A DNA stretch of 63,218 nucleotides, filler included, from Lenisia limosa (Eukaryota; Protista; Breviatea), in assembly GCA_001655205.1 (NCBI GenBank). It is 13 parts of 13 records of this genome, joined end to end, with 100 filler letters (N's around TTAATTAATTAA, not from the genome) between each part and the next. Parts side by side here need not be neighbours in the genome. Positions count along the whole stretch, not along the records: positions 48,723 to 55,912 come from LPNZ01010708.1; positions 56,013 to 61,726 come from LPNZ01011019.1; positions 61,827 to 63,218 come from LPNZ01005086.1; 10 more parts are not named here. One strand, given 5' to 3'. Both the position numbers and the translations under genes were made by a program. Below are positions 49,251 through 61,949 of this stretch, piece by piece. The notes under the pieces were generated by a model. The model searched no databases, was not told the origin of the DNA, and saw nothing but the letters and a program-made list of their open reading frames with translations. Each line of letters begins with the position of its first letter. The stretch's first letter is position 1.

Positions 49251-50331
49251 TCGTGGACTCACCGCGCCCGAGTGAACGTGAGGACCAACTCTCTGACCTG
49301 CGCCAGCAACTGGCCAACACAATGCTGCCGGAGACGCATCAGCCCACCCCACAGACTCAAAACCTTCCGTCTGGCCGTCCTGTTGGCTGGGATCTTGCTT
49401 TCAAAAGGGAGTACCTGGAGATGGGTCTTGATGTCTGGAAACATTAGACCGCTTCACTAGTGTGGTTGAGCTTTATTTCATTGGTTCTCCTTTAACCCAT
49501 TCATGATTGCAAGTGTGGATTTATGTTTCTAACTCTGTCATCACACTTATATTATTGAGACCAATCTTTAACCCCCCCCCCCCCCNNNNNNNNNNNNNNN
49601 NNNNNNNNNNNNNNNNNNNNNNNNNNNNNNNNNNNNNNNNNNNNNNNNNNNNNNNNNNNNNNNNNNNNNNNNNNNNNNNNNNNNNNNNNNNNNNNNNNNN
49701 NNNNNNNNNNNNNNNNNNNNNNNNNNNNNNNNNNNNNNNTCGCCACCCCCATTGCTACTCCAATGATGTCGCCTGTGTCGTCACTGTCACAACTCCATCA
49801 AAACGGTTCGCTTCCCTCCATATTTCCTCCACTCTATCGAAATAATTGTACACAGTAGTGTTTTGTATCTCAACCCATTTTTCATTTCCTTAGCCGACGC
49901 TCCTCCTCCGCCGCCGCGTACTGTTCGCTTTGCTGTCAACGTGGCCGCCACTTCGTCAAGCCCACCTTCCGTTCTTATCAAGGAGGCGCATCGCAGTGTC
50001 CTTCTTGTGGGGATTTGTTTTACTTGTTTTTTTTTCTTTTCTTTCTTTCTCAAGCAGTCTTTTACAATGCAGCACGGACTCCAGGTAGAGGTTGTCAGCG
50101 CCTGGTGCCTCAGATGTATTACAGAGGACGGCAGTTTGGAGCTGGAGGTTGAAGTGGGGGGGCTTACATTCAGCTATTTTTGTCTAGTAATTTGCATACC
50201 ATATTATGTCATGAGGCTTGCCTTTTTACTCCCTTTTTCAGGTTTGCAAGATCCCAAGACTGTCCATGCATGGTCTCCGTATGCGACGTAGAAAAGGCAA
50301 CCGTTGGACATACAAGAAATTGTGTCACCAG
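49251..50331 (+). CDS. C-terminus with KA1 domain (MARK/AMPK-related kinase type); kinase domain not in view
   Basis: CITEDGSLELEVE|VCKIPRLSMHGLRMRRRKGNRWTYKKLCHQ matches the KA1 pattern [20 protein letters not shown]...FK.I. Confidence 0.75.
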
Positions 50332-51214
50332 GTATGTAGTGTCTTTTAGTCTTTTGGCTTCTTCAGCTAAAAGTTTCCAATTTCACACATATAGATTCTC
50401 GAGAACTGTTCCCTTTAATTTAAGTTAGCTAGGTGTTTTGTTTTTCTTTGTTGTTTCTTTAGGATTTTTATTCAGTATTATTTCACAAGTTCTACAGTGG
50501 GAACTTTTACTTGAAATTAGTTTTACCAATATTTCTCTCATAAACCCAGGTATTTTTGAAAGTGTATTGATGACCGGCGTTATGCAAAATGTCCAGAGCT
50601 GGTGCAAACATTGGCTGGCTGATCAAAATGTCTTCCGAGTACATCTAATGATAATGTCTTTTCCAATAATATTGTAAGCCCAATAAAAGAATGACCGGGA
50701 ATAAAACTTACAACCACCGCGTGAACCTATGAGCATGTGGCTGAAGAAAGCGACTATGAAGTGGTGTGTTCCAGGCGTTGCTAATACGATCTGCTAGTAT
50801 GGGCCCCTCTATCCTCTCGCTTCTCACCCTTCCGCCTCTGGATAGTATGGTTAGTTAGCGATACTTCAGAAAAAAAGTAATAAGCTAATTTCGAAGATTT
50901 TCAGACACTTACTGAAGCAGATGAAGTGAACAAAAAAGCAGAAGAGAACCCGTGATGATGAAGCGGTTGTTGTTGTAAGCTGAAGAACGCTGGTACTAAT
51001 CCTCGCCAGTGAAAATAGTTCTCCGCAATTTGAATTTTTGACGTCGATCCGTGTGCTGCCCCTCCTTTTTACTTCCTTCACACCCTTCCGCTTCAACGAA
51101 CTGGATACAATGGTTAGAAAAAAAGCCAAAAGATATAAAATGGAGTAGGATACTGTACAAAAATGAATATTAAGAAACCATCTACAACACGCAGGTACTT
51201 GCCAAGGTAGACGC

Positions 51215-52503
51215 TTAGTCGCGACTGAAAAGTTAGGGGGGAATGGAAACCAGGGCACATAAAGTATAGAAACAAATGACTTACGGAGAAGCGGAGCGGC
51301 GATCTTCAGGCGTTCTGGAACGACGTTCCTCTGGGGAATGTGATCTACGGACAGGAGAGCGAGATCTGCGATCGACAGGAGAGCGAGATCTGCGATCGAC
51401 AGGGGAGCGAGAACGGCCGACAGGTGATCTTGATCTAATGGTCAGAAAACATGGTGTGAGTACCAAAAGAAAAAAAATCTGATGTTTACCTGCGGGGAGA
51501 GGCAGAGCGAGAGCGGCGGGGAGACCTGGAACGGCGGGGAGATCTGGAGCGACGAGCAGGGGAGCGAGAGCTGAACAATTTAGCTTTCAACAGCGTAAAA
51601 AAAAACAGGGGATAAAAGGCGTACGGAAATATGTGAAACACCCGCTCACCGGCGAGGAGAGCGAGAGCGACGAGCAGGGGAGCGAGAACGACGAGGAGAG
51701 CGAGACCTAAAATGAAAATTGATACCATGACAAAAATGATGAGGCCCAAAATAAGTACAAGTTACACATTCTTACCTGCGGGGAGAGCGAGAACGACGAG
51801 GAGAGCGAGAACGGCGGGGAGAGCGGGAGTAACGGCGGGGAGAGCGAGAATAGCGACGAGATCCACCACGGGGACTAGATGGGATGAAATTTGGACTTCT
51901 GAAGTGAACTATTTCTGTATGTCGCCAAGCTGCTCACGGAGAACGGCGACGGGTTTCACGGCAATCGCGAGCTTGGTGTCCAAACTCTCCACAGTTGTAG
52001 CATTCACCGTGGTTGCGAGACTGAGGGCAATCGCGAGCAAAGTGGCCGAAACCTAAGGGAGAATAATGATAGTAATGGTTAAAAATCAATTGACAAAATG
52101 GAAATAATGGGAATCGTATACTTCAGTGTGCAATCTTATAAGATGATCCAATAACAAACCATTGCAGTTGAAGCATTTGGTTTCACGATCATCAGAACGG
52201 GAATCGCGATCTCCACGTTCACGACGGCCACGAGACCACTCAACACGAAGACGAGAACCAAGAAGAGATCTACCGTCACCCTCATCAATAGCGTACTCGG
52301 CGTCACTAAGAGATCAGGAAAAACGTCAAAAATTCTGTTTTCAGGAAACCCTCTAACCGCTCGTCTTCGAACTCTACGAAAGCAAATCCAGCAGGGTTGC
52401 GGGCAATCCAGAGAGAAGTGATTCTTCCAAAGCGACCAAAGAAATCATCAAGATCGCGCTCACGGCAGTCATGGGGAAGTCCTCCAACGTAAAGACGGCT
52501 CAT
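51215..52503 (-). CDS. SR splicing factor: RRM + two CCHC zinc knuckles + RS domain, about 8 exons
   Basis: MSRLYVGGL...ARNPAGFAFVEFEDERDAEYAI...RLRVEWS; CFNCNGFGHFARDC; CYNCGEFGHQARDC; RRSRSP repeats; ends SPRD*. Confidence 0.9.
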
Positions 52504-52897
52504 TCTAGAGAAATAAAAATACAAAGAGGAATCAGCCTTTTCTATCCTTCAAAATGTCCTCATTTTATCAAACAATACAAAATGCAAACCTTTCAAATAA
52601 ACTAAAGGAAGAAAGTTTGAAATAAAATTTTGTGAAAAAGCAAAAGGGAACCGGGGTACCTTTTCCAAATAATGTTACTGAACAAGTTTAACAAAGCTTC
52701 ACACTGCTCTTGATTTGAGATGAGTTGTAATAAATGTAATAAGACAATAAGATTAACGGGTAACCGGAGCTATCAAGAGAAAATCGATGATCTTTAATTA
52801 TTCTACAAATCAATTCATGGAACTGAACTGAACTGAACTGTTTTACTTTAACTTTTCATTTTTTTCTAATCTACCTCTTTTTCAGGACTCTATCAGA

Positions 52898-53544
52898 ATG
52901 ACTGTATGTGGAGTTGGGTTTATTATTGTCTTTCGGATTAGTTAGTGCAAATGTGCATTCAAATAGAATACGAAATTTCTTTGAAGAGTAATATTTTAGG
53001 GTGCTAAGCGTGACGTTAAGATTGGCCGTGTGTGCCTCGTTAACTACGGTCCCATGAACGGCAAGCTTGTCGTTGTCAACGATATCCTTGACCAGAACCG
53101 TGTATGTTTCACGTGTGTATTTTTCATTTGTCTTACGCCTTCAGGGCCTCATGACCGCTCCCGGTATGGAGAAGCAGGTTATCAACTTCAAGAGCGTTGT
53201 CCCCACCGCTATTGAAGTCAAGCTCCCCCGTGGATGCCGCAACAAGATCGTTAAGAAGGTATTGTGATAAAAAAATTATTTGTATTCTGACTTTCGAAGG
53301 TCTGGGCCGCTGAGAAGGTCGAGGAGCAGTGGAACAACTCTGCTTGGGCTAAGAAGATCAACCAACGTGAGGTCCGTGCCAACCTTACCGACTTCGAGCG
53401 CTTCAAGGCCTCTTGCCTTCGTGCCAAGGTGTGTTTATGGGTGTTTAGCATTTTGAAGAAAAGCTAATTCTATGTTGATCTAATGGGTTTTTTTAGCGCG
53501 CCAACCTCATCAACCGTGAGATTGCTGCTCTTAAGAAGAACTAA
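52898..53544 (+). CDS. RPL14: 60S ribosomal protein L14 (eL14), 5 exons
   Basis: MT|[34 protein letters not shown]|GLMTAPG...|[36 protein letters not shown]...|[15 protein letters not shown]. Confidence 0.93.
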
Positions 53545-53953
53545 GTTCGTTTTCACTTTTTGATAGAGTGTCCTAATCCCAACATTTGAGTCTTTCATTG
53601 TAGCAGGTGCAGAGAACGTACTCTGCCCTTCTCGTGATGTGATGCATTTATCGGGATTACATATTTGGGACTTTCTGATGGCCATTTCCTCACCGTTTTT
53701 CTCTTTTGCTTTTCCACACTTCCTCTTCACTCCTCTTCTGAATTCAGCTCGAGGTGCATAGATATACCTCCTAGATGAGAGTGTGATTATACATGGTATT
53801 GTTTGAAGAATTGTTAATATCTCATTCTTTTTTTTGACACATGCAACAAAATTGAATTCAAAATATAGCAAAAAATGTCGCATTATGGATGTAACCGTTG
53901 ACACGGCGTCCTTCACAGTGAAGCAAATAATTTTTTGTACATTCACACAATAG

Positions 53954-54754
53954 CTATTTAGATTTGTAAGCGTATTTTCGCTGGTAAGCCCCTTCAGGCT
54001 TGTTCTTAATTTCGTCCATAAACCTGCATGAATAAGAAAAATTAGTTACTGAAATTTCAATACCACACAAACTGGTAACCCCCGCCTTGAGTAACCCCCT
54101 CCCCCCAACGATTTAGAGTTGTGCACACAGGTCGACCCGAGTACGATAGAAGACCCAGTATCCTCAGCCAGAAGAGAAAGGGCGCGAGCCTCTTCATAGG
54201 TAGTTCCTCCAACTTGGAAGACAAGGACATCATTGACTCTACTTTTGTAAAAAAAAAAGAGTTTTCCAGTCATGAACTATCATACTGTGCTTTGGTGTTG
54301 ACTGATGAGTTAATGGCAGGGTACAGGAGATCCTTCAGGCGTCCTGGGAAGGTAAAAAGAAGGCCAGGAGGCGGTGGAACATTATGTCATCCAAAAACAA
54401 CTTTAAGAATTTAAGTGATGACAGCCAAAAAAAGTATCTGGCAATATTATTCCAATGCCCATGATATTGAGCATCAAAATACCCCCTCCCAACCCTTGAC
54501 AAGATCCTGAACTGTGGTGGCAAGAGGAGGTTCATGCTGTGTGTAGATGTTCTCAACTCCCTAGGAAATAATTAACTGCGGATAAAAACGGCAGCATAAT
54601 AAGAATATCATTATCAAAGAGTTGTAGTAGAGTTGCAACTCACCTTAACTGAGCTTTTCACATTCTTCCGTACTCGCTTGAAGATGCTACTGTTTTGGAA
54701 GAGGTCACCATGACGTCTTGCTGTACCGCAATGCAGAGTCATGTCCGTTGGGAG
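53954..54754 (-). CDS. VPS45: Sec1/Munc18-family protein, VPS45-like, 3' exons only
   Basis: GDLFQNSS, HEPPLATTVQDLVK|GRLKDLLYP, VGGTTYEEARAL..IVLGSTCVHNSKSFMDEI. Confidence 0.8.
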
Positions 54755-55189
54755 CTAGGCAATGAACAATCAATGAAAATTTGATTTATATAAGAGGCAA
54801 ACTAAATATTGATTCATTGCATGATAGNNNNNNNNNNNNNNNNNNNNNNNNNNNNNNNNNNNNNNNNNNNNNNNNNNNNNNNNNNNNNNNNNNNNNNNNN
54901 NNNNNNNNNNNNNNNNNNNNNNNNNNNNNNNNNNNNNNNNNNNNNNNNNNNNNNNNNNNNNNNNNNNNNNNNNNNNNNNNNNNNNNNNNNNNNNNNNNNN
55001 NNNNNNNNNNNNNNNNNNNNNNNNNNNNNNNNNNNNNNNNNNNNNNNNNNNNNNNNNNNNNNNNNNNNNNNCTGCTAACGTCTGTAGACAATATGCTCTT
55101 TCACAAAGACAATAATAATATTCACATTTCTGGAAAACGCCACCATGTTGTAACGAAATCTGCTGAGTGGACTGCTTGAAGATTTATAA

Positions 55190-55912
55190 TGCGGATACCA
55201 TTTACTCCTTTGATTTTCACAACTCTTTACCAAGTTTGGTCAGGAAGAACTGATAGCACGAGTGTCCCGAGCCATAACCGAATCTTTTGATTACGCTTCC
55301 GAACAGCTTAACTCCTCACTGTCACGAGTTAAGTTGTCCCGTAACAAAGGTTTCAAAATTAGCTCACACACGACAAAGATTTTTCTCTCACTTGATCAGA
55401 TTTAAGGGTTGTTGAAGTTTGTGGTTCTGAATACTGTGGTCCAAAACGGGTCTCTTGTGTTTCATCAGACAATTGGCATTCCAATGGCAACCAACGCAGC
55501 TCCTCTGCTGGCTAACATTTGCCTTTGTTCTTTTGAACGGGACTTTATTGAATCACTTCCGCCTGAATCGCCGTTAATCTCTTCTTTTCACAACGCATTT
55601 CGGTTCATTGATGATTTCCTCATTGTAGACCCTCACGATGATTTGATAACTCTGCTTACTAACCCTCCTGATAGGGATGATGGGCGTGCGATCTATTAGA
55701 ACAGGAAAACACTACTGTCGCCCCTGGAGTATACAATTACTTAGGTATTCATATCTCTATTCAAAAGAGAAAGTTGTTCCTTTCGATATTTGACAAACGC
55801 AGGGACTTTCCTTTCGAAGTCTTACAATTTCCTCATTCCTCAATTCAACTACACCTAAACACATCTTGAAAGGAATTATTATTGGCCAACTGACTCGATA
55901 TGCTAGGCTCTG
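55190..55912 (+). mobile_element. Decayed Penelope-like retroelement reverse transcriptase fragment
   Basis: YSFDF(fs)TTLY, FHQTIGIPMATNAAPLLANICLCSFE, FRFIDD, FDKRRDFPF, GIIIGQLTRYARL; with frameshifts and in-frame stops. Confidence 0.8.
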
Positions 55913-56700
55913 NNNNNNNNNNNNNNNNNNNNNNNNNNNNNNNNNNNNNNNNNNNNTTAATTAATTAANNNNNNNNNNNNNNNNNNNNNNNNNNNNNNNN
56001 NNNNNNNNNNNNGGGGGGTGAAATGAAGGGGGGTTATGGGGAAACGAAGACAATTTCCACGAAGCATATGGTATGGGGAGGGTAACAATTGAAACAAAAC
56101 AAGCAAAAGCCCAGGTCAGTCGCTCCTAATTTATGAAACAAAGAAAACCCATTTTGATTTTTTAAAGAAAGAAAATTTCGACAATGAATTGGTATAAAAG
56201 TGCTAATCGGGGGAAGAAAAAGGACTAAAGTCACAAGTCAAAATGTTTCCAATTACATGAAGCAAATATCTGACANNNNNNNNNNNNNNNNNNNNNNNNN
56301 NNNNNNNNNNNNNNNNNNNNNNNNNNNNNNNNNNNNNNNNNNNNNNNNNNNNNNNNNNNNNNNNNNNNNNNNNNNNNNNNNNNNNNNNNNNNNNNNNNNN
56401 NNNNNNNNNNNNNNNNNNNNNNNNCAAGATATAAAGCTCTATTCGGTACAGTCCTTCACTAAAAAGTACATGCAAATAAGACTGACATTAACAATAAAAC
56501 CTTGATTAATATACTGTTGAAACCTAAATGAAGCCTTCATATGCTGACACATCAATACCTTTTTTGTATCCCTACATTTTACTCTTGAAATTCATACCCC
56601 ACGCTTTCCCTTCTAATATTGGATTTGAGTTCCGTTTCTCTCTTTTTCTTTTAAAAACGTTACAAAAAACTTGATATCAAAAACAAACAGTCCTACTCAC

Positions 56701-58328
56701 CTGGGCCGAGAGCAGCGCAACCTTCAACAGACATTGATTGGCAGTACTAAGTGGTCACAGTGAAATGTGAATACTTAAAAGCCATCCTCACATCATGATA
56801 ATTCATCCAATTATTTACCTTTATCGTCATCATATTGTCATCATCACCCAAGCCCAATGGAATGGTCATTAGAATGTCTAATGGTATGTTCGATAGATGA
56901 ATGGTTTCGTCATAGAGTAGTGCTAAAATATATCGCTCAAAAGAAAAGACCCACAATAAGTTGTAATGTTAAATACTAGCAAAAAGAAAGAAATTAACTG
57001 AGGAAGAACCATCAAAGCAGATGAAAGCAAAATGATAACAAATAACAACAAAAAAAAAAAACAACTGTCAGAAAAAAAGGATATTATTTTGATGAATGAA
57101 GAAGTGTCTGGCCGAAACCGCACGCACCACCACCCCATGAGCACGGAATATTGATAATTAGGGGACCCACGAGGAGTTGTCTTCACAGTTGTAAAGGTCA
57201 GCAGCCTTCTCGTAAGCTTCAAGTGCGGTCCGTGTTTCCATGTCGTTCTCCAGCAACTCGGCGATCTCTTTCTGAACGTGTTAATGCTGGGACTTTCCTA
57301 ACGTGTTGAAATATTTGTTGATATTTATGGACATTCTCATAAAGTGGACAACCCAAAGAGGTAAGAAAATTACAAGTGAGTGTAATCATAGGGCTTCCCA
57401 AAAAAGAAAATTTTTAAATAAACTTCAAAATATCGACATATATTACCAATGAGGCAACTAAACTCAATCCAACGCTGTTCACCACAACACTTAAAGGATA
57501 ATGACAAGTGTATATCAGGAGATGCTCGCAATCAAACGAGAAACGACCAACCTGGTTCTTGGCAGCCATGATGAACTTGCCCATTGTGGTGAAGACGTCC
57601 ACAGACTGCTGCAGACATTGGACGGCATCAGTGGCTGTTCGGTAAGCGGAATAAGCGACATAGATAAAGGGCACATGGTACATGGCGTTCCAATTGAAAT
57701 GACTTTGTATACCAAATTCTCTATTGTATTGCAGTTAAATTACTTCACTGTAGTGGGTGGGTTATTGAAGAAGGGTTTCTAGCGTTTGGTCCTACCCCTC
57801 CATATTTCAACAAGATTTGCACAATAAATAAACACAAGATGAGGAGTATCAAATTGAGTAGATGTTTACTTTGGAAGAAAGATGGAATTGAAATTCAAAC
57901 TCAGAACATGCTGGCACGATAGGAAGGAGAGAACGTGAGCAATGCCAAATAGACCCACTGTTTGATCCGGTCTTCTTGTAGCAGACTGCGGCGTCAGCAA
58001 AGGATGAGGCAACATCATAGTCTCCACCAATACGTATCTGACACTCGGCAGCGGAGATATAGGCCTGGGCAGCTTCAGGCCCTGGATTGATCACAAACAC
58101 ATAACAAACAGGGTGAAGAAGGTTTCGACAAGGTGGCGTGGGCAAACGATAACATACACTTTTTGGCCAGCTTGTAGAGTTGGGCAGCCCTCTGGTAGAG
58201 CTCAGCAGCTTCCTCATTTTTGGCTTCTTTGTTGGAGAACAGAGACCACTTCTTCAAGGTTTTCTCCGCTACAAAAACGTTAAAAGGATCTGCATTAGAG
58301 TAGCCTTACCCTTAGCAATGGTATCCAT
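56701..58328 (-). CDS. NAPA: Alpha-SNAP (NSF attachment protein), 3' end lost in gaps
   Basis: MDTIAK|AEKTLKKW..KNEEAAELYQRAAQLYKLAKK, AASSFADAAVCYKK-like segment, FTTMGKFIMAAKNQ|KEIAELLE, AYEKAADLY, TANQCLLKVA. Confidence 0.9.
57103..57135 (-). repeat. Family-2 repeat, diverged
   Basis: Reverse complement GGTGGTGCGTGCGGTTTCGGCCAGACAC. Confidence 0.5.
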
Positions 58329-58636
58329 TGCTTCAATTTCATTTTTTGAAATCACTTCGGACATGGTGCACAAATACTTCGAGTTCTTTAAAAATAAGTA
58401 AGTATAAACCTGTGTTAATATAGTTTTATATTGTCAGAAAATACTCAGGAAAATTTATCAACTTAAATATATCATTTTCCTGGGGTATCATTTCCCAATA
58501 ATTGTGGTATATATTAAAATGGTTATAAGTTTTTTTTTCCTTTTAAGCCGAATCTAGAGGCTGCTTTTGTGATTTGATATACAGTTAAAGAGTTTATTCT
58601 GATTGATATCGCAGCTGTCCTTTTAGAGTTGTCAAC

Positions 58637-61010
58637 ATGATTCTCGGGAGAGAGTTTGGTAGCAAAACTGGTGGTGGAGGAGCTTCAAGTAAACAGGATG
58701 AGGAGATTGCCCGCCGTGAACGTCTCAAGAAGATCGCTCTTGAGACTATCGATCTCAAAAGTGTAAGGACCACGGCTCTAATGGCGTTTTTTCTCACTTC
58801 TTTAGGACCCATACATGATTCGTAATCATCTCGGCCAATACGAGTGCAAGCTGTGCCTTACAATTCATTCTTCTGTGGACAACTACCTCGTTCACACCCA
58901 AGGCAAGAAGCATACACATAACCTTGGAAAACTTGGTTAGTAAGGGGCATTTGCAGCAGTTCATCACCGTTTCCTCTCACCTTCTCTAGAGTGGAAGGAA
59001 AAGCAGAAGCAGAAGAATAATCCCAACCCTCAACCGTATGTGGCAACTCTTAACTCTTTGGTACTGACATTAATGCTGACCTTTTAGCTTGGAGGGTGCC
59101 AGGCCTAATGCGGTTACGGGCAAGAAGGTTATCAAGGTGAGGCACACATTTGCGCTGGTGGTCATGTGGTAACCATCATATGTAACTAGTTGACACAATG
59201 ATCATTTTATCTTATAATTGGGAAATTTATGCTAAACTGGCATTGTACTCTGCTATCTGTAATGATAAGAATGCTTTTTTTACTGTGAAACCGTCAAACT
59301 CACACACACATATCTTGGTTGAACCACCACAGCTGAACTGGAACACGATGAGCAAGGTTCTCATGGCTTTAGATCGGTCGTCCCGGATACAAAGTTACTA
59401 AGCAAGTTGATCCCGTCTCAAGTCAAAAGTCGATGATTTTCGAGGTCTTCTACCCTGAAATCACAGAAAATGTCAAGGTGGGAGGGGGTTACTCAGGATA
59501 TTTTTTTCTTGATTTGTGTTTCTTGAAAAATCTTTATTTCTGGGGTGGGAGGGACCTGGGGNNNNNNNNNNNNNNNNNNNNNNNNNNNNNNNNNNNNNNN
59601 NNNNNNNNNNNNNNNNNNNNNNNNNNNNNNNNNNNNNNNNNNNNNNNNNNNNNNNNAATGATGTCGTGCTTTGAGCAGAGGAAGGAACCCGCCGATAAGA
59701 AGTTCCAGGTTGGTAAACATTTTGGAGGGGGGGGGGAGTGTCCTAATTTCAATATGAAGCCAATTATGTGACGCCGTTATATTTTACTTTTTTTGGAGAT
59801 ATGGGGGATGGATGGTGTGACGAGTTTTGAAAACGAATTACGACCTGTGAATTAGTGTGCAATGTTAATTGTGTCAAATAGGACACCGCCCTCACAATTG
59901 CTTCAACGCTTGACGCACCCGTTTCCAATTTTCTTCTTTTTTCCATCATACAGCTCACCCTTCAGTATCTTCTCTTTGCTGCTGAGCCTTACGAAACTAT
60001 TGCATTTAAGGTGAGCCGAGGGGGGTATTATACATAACGAACAACTTTTTGGAAGTTTCAAAATTCCTGATAATAGTGCTTCCTTACTGTCCCAAAAAAA
60101 AAATAGAAAATCTCGATGAATCCTCAATAAATATCAATATTTTATCGGTCTTTTTCGGACCATAAGGAAGCCCAACTAATAATATGCAAGTTTTTGTTTG
60201 TAGTAGTTTTTGTTGTTGAGGTTATGCAAAGATTTCCTCCCCAACTCTGGGCCATTTATTCACAATGTTGTTTTACTGGATACAAGATGATAATTAATTG
60301 AAGAAGAAGGGAGAACTCTAATACATCCGAGGACCATCCGAGGAGGAGAAAGTTGCCAAAAAAAACTTGTTTTCAAAATCAGCTTTTCAGAACTTTCCTT
60401 GCCGGAAGCCTTCGGAAGCGGAAAGTTTTTACTTCCGACAAAGTTTACGGGAGCAAGTTTTTTTTTTTCTCACATAGCCTCTATTTTTTTTGATAATCTT
60501 TTTGATAATTACCTGATTAATCTGATGAAGCACTTCTGGTCTGTCTTTCAGGTCCGGTTCATTAGTAGAATGGTACCATATTTTTGTCAAACCTTCTTTA
60601 TGGTTTCCTTCGAAACAGGTCACTACATTGAAATTGTCAAGAGCCCCGGTGTTATGACAGAAAAAATAACAAAGAGAAAAGAGATAAAACATTCGAATAT
60701 TTAGGGTACCATTTGAATATTTTGGAATAGGGCAGCTGTGGGGTGAGTAGTTCGGCTTTAACCCATTATGTTATGAATTTGATTTATTACTTTGTTATAT
60801 GAATTCTAACCCCTCCCCCAGATTCCCAACGAAACTATTGACAAGTCCAATGATAAGTGGAAGGTCACGTGGGACTCTGACAAGAAGAGATATGAGGTGG
60901 GTGATGAGGTGAAGAAGAGAAAGAGGAGGGGTTCCGGGGGTTACAGGATGATGCTCCCCCCTCCCCACCGAAACTCTCTTAGTTCACTCACCAGCTCTTG
61001 AGCTTTAAGC
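58637..61010 (+). CDS. SF3A2: Splicing factor 3A subunit 2 (SF3a66/Prp11); last exon uncertain
   Basis: GSKTGGGG..RRERLKKIALETIDL, DPYMIRNHLGQYECKLCLT.H, HTQGKKH..NL, IGRPGYKVTKQ, YPEI, MSCFEQR.EP.DK, YLLFAAEPYETIAFKIP..IDK. Confidence 0.93.
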
Positions 61011-61949
61011 TCAACGTACCGTTATTGATGAATTTATGGGTTTTTATTTGTGTACCTGTTTTTAGTTGCAAGCATCAATTCCTCCCCATTTATTTTAAGC
61101 TTTCTGCAAATCCTCTGACAGTTCTAGCTGTTGATGCACTTCAAAGTAGAGCAGTCATCATAATGGTCCCTCCCCCCTTTGTTTTTCCGAGTCGTTCTGA
61201 AGTCATGATGTACAATAGTGTTTTTGTTAACCCCGGGATCCCTTCAGGAGGTTATTATGATGGGATTATCTTCTTTATAGCATGATGATAATTTGTTGGC
61301 CTTTTGCAAAGCGTTCTCACTATTGGGGATATTCATGTTTGTCTATTCCTCAGGTTTTTATTCATTGAAGATGTGAATGGTGGCGTACTTTACACTATGC
61401 AATGAAGAAAAAAGGTATGGTGAGAAAGCGGCTTGAAAGCGGCCGAGACTACGGAGAAAGCGAGCCACGCAAGAGACACGAGAGAGTTGCAAGAGAGTTG
61501 CGAGAGCGAGTGTGAGAAAAAGAGAGACAGAACCATACAAAGCAATGAATGTCTCGGATTTGCTTGATTGGTGTCAATCAACTGGATAATTCCAAAAAAA
61601 TCGATGAATTGACCCGCTGGTTTGCTCTTCCCAAAGGTCCATTTAAGTTTTGAGTGGTATTTTTGTCCAGGGGGCCACAGACCCGGGGATTTTACCATTA
61701 TTTTTTTGGGAGATCTGTCGGAGATCNNNNNNNNNNNNNNNNNNNNNNNNNNNNNNNNNNNNNNNNNNNNTTAATTAATTAANNNNNNNNNNNNNNNNNN
61801 NNNNNNNNNNNNNNNNNNNNNNNNNNGAAATGTTCAGATACCAATGAAGGTGGGGGTGAGAAATGTTCAGATACCAATGAAGGTGGAGAGGGTCTTTGTA
61901 TTGCCTAATCAGCTTTGTAACTCTCACTATGCAACAATTAATGCTCATA

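Noticed and set aside
52640-53500. Box C/D snoRNA in RPL14 introns or upstream (also TGATGA..CTGA near 50953)
   Set aside because: No properly spaced RTGATGA / CTGA pair with a terminal stem was found by eye; a snoscan/Infernal run would be needed.
55071-55912. Hammerhead ribozyme or GIY-YIG domain with the Penelope-like RT
   Set aside because: No CTGATGA/GAAA core seen, and the contig ends before an endonuclease region would appear.
59430-59456. TCGATGATTTTCGAGG resembling the MITE interior
   Set aside because: Lies in an SF3A2 exon (KSMIFEVFYP); chance similarity.
61358-61540. Small minus-strand ORF with a hydrophobic N-terminus
   Set aside because: Derived from a GA-rich low-complexity stretch; no recognisable motif or supporting splice chain.
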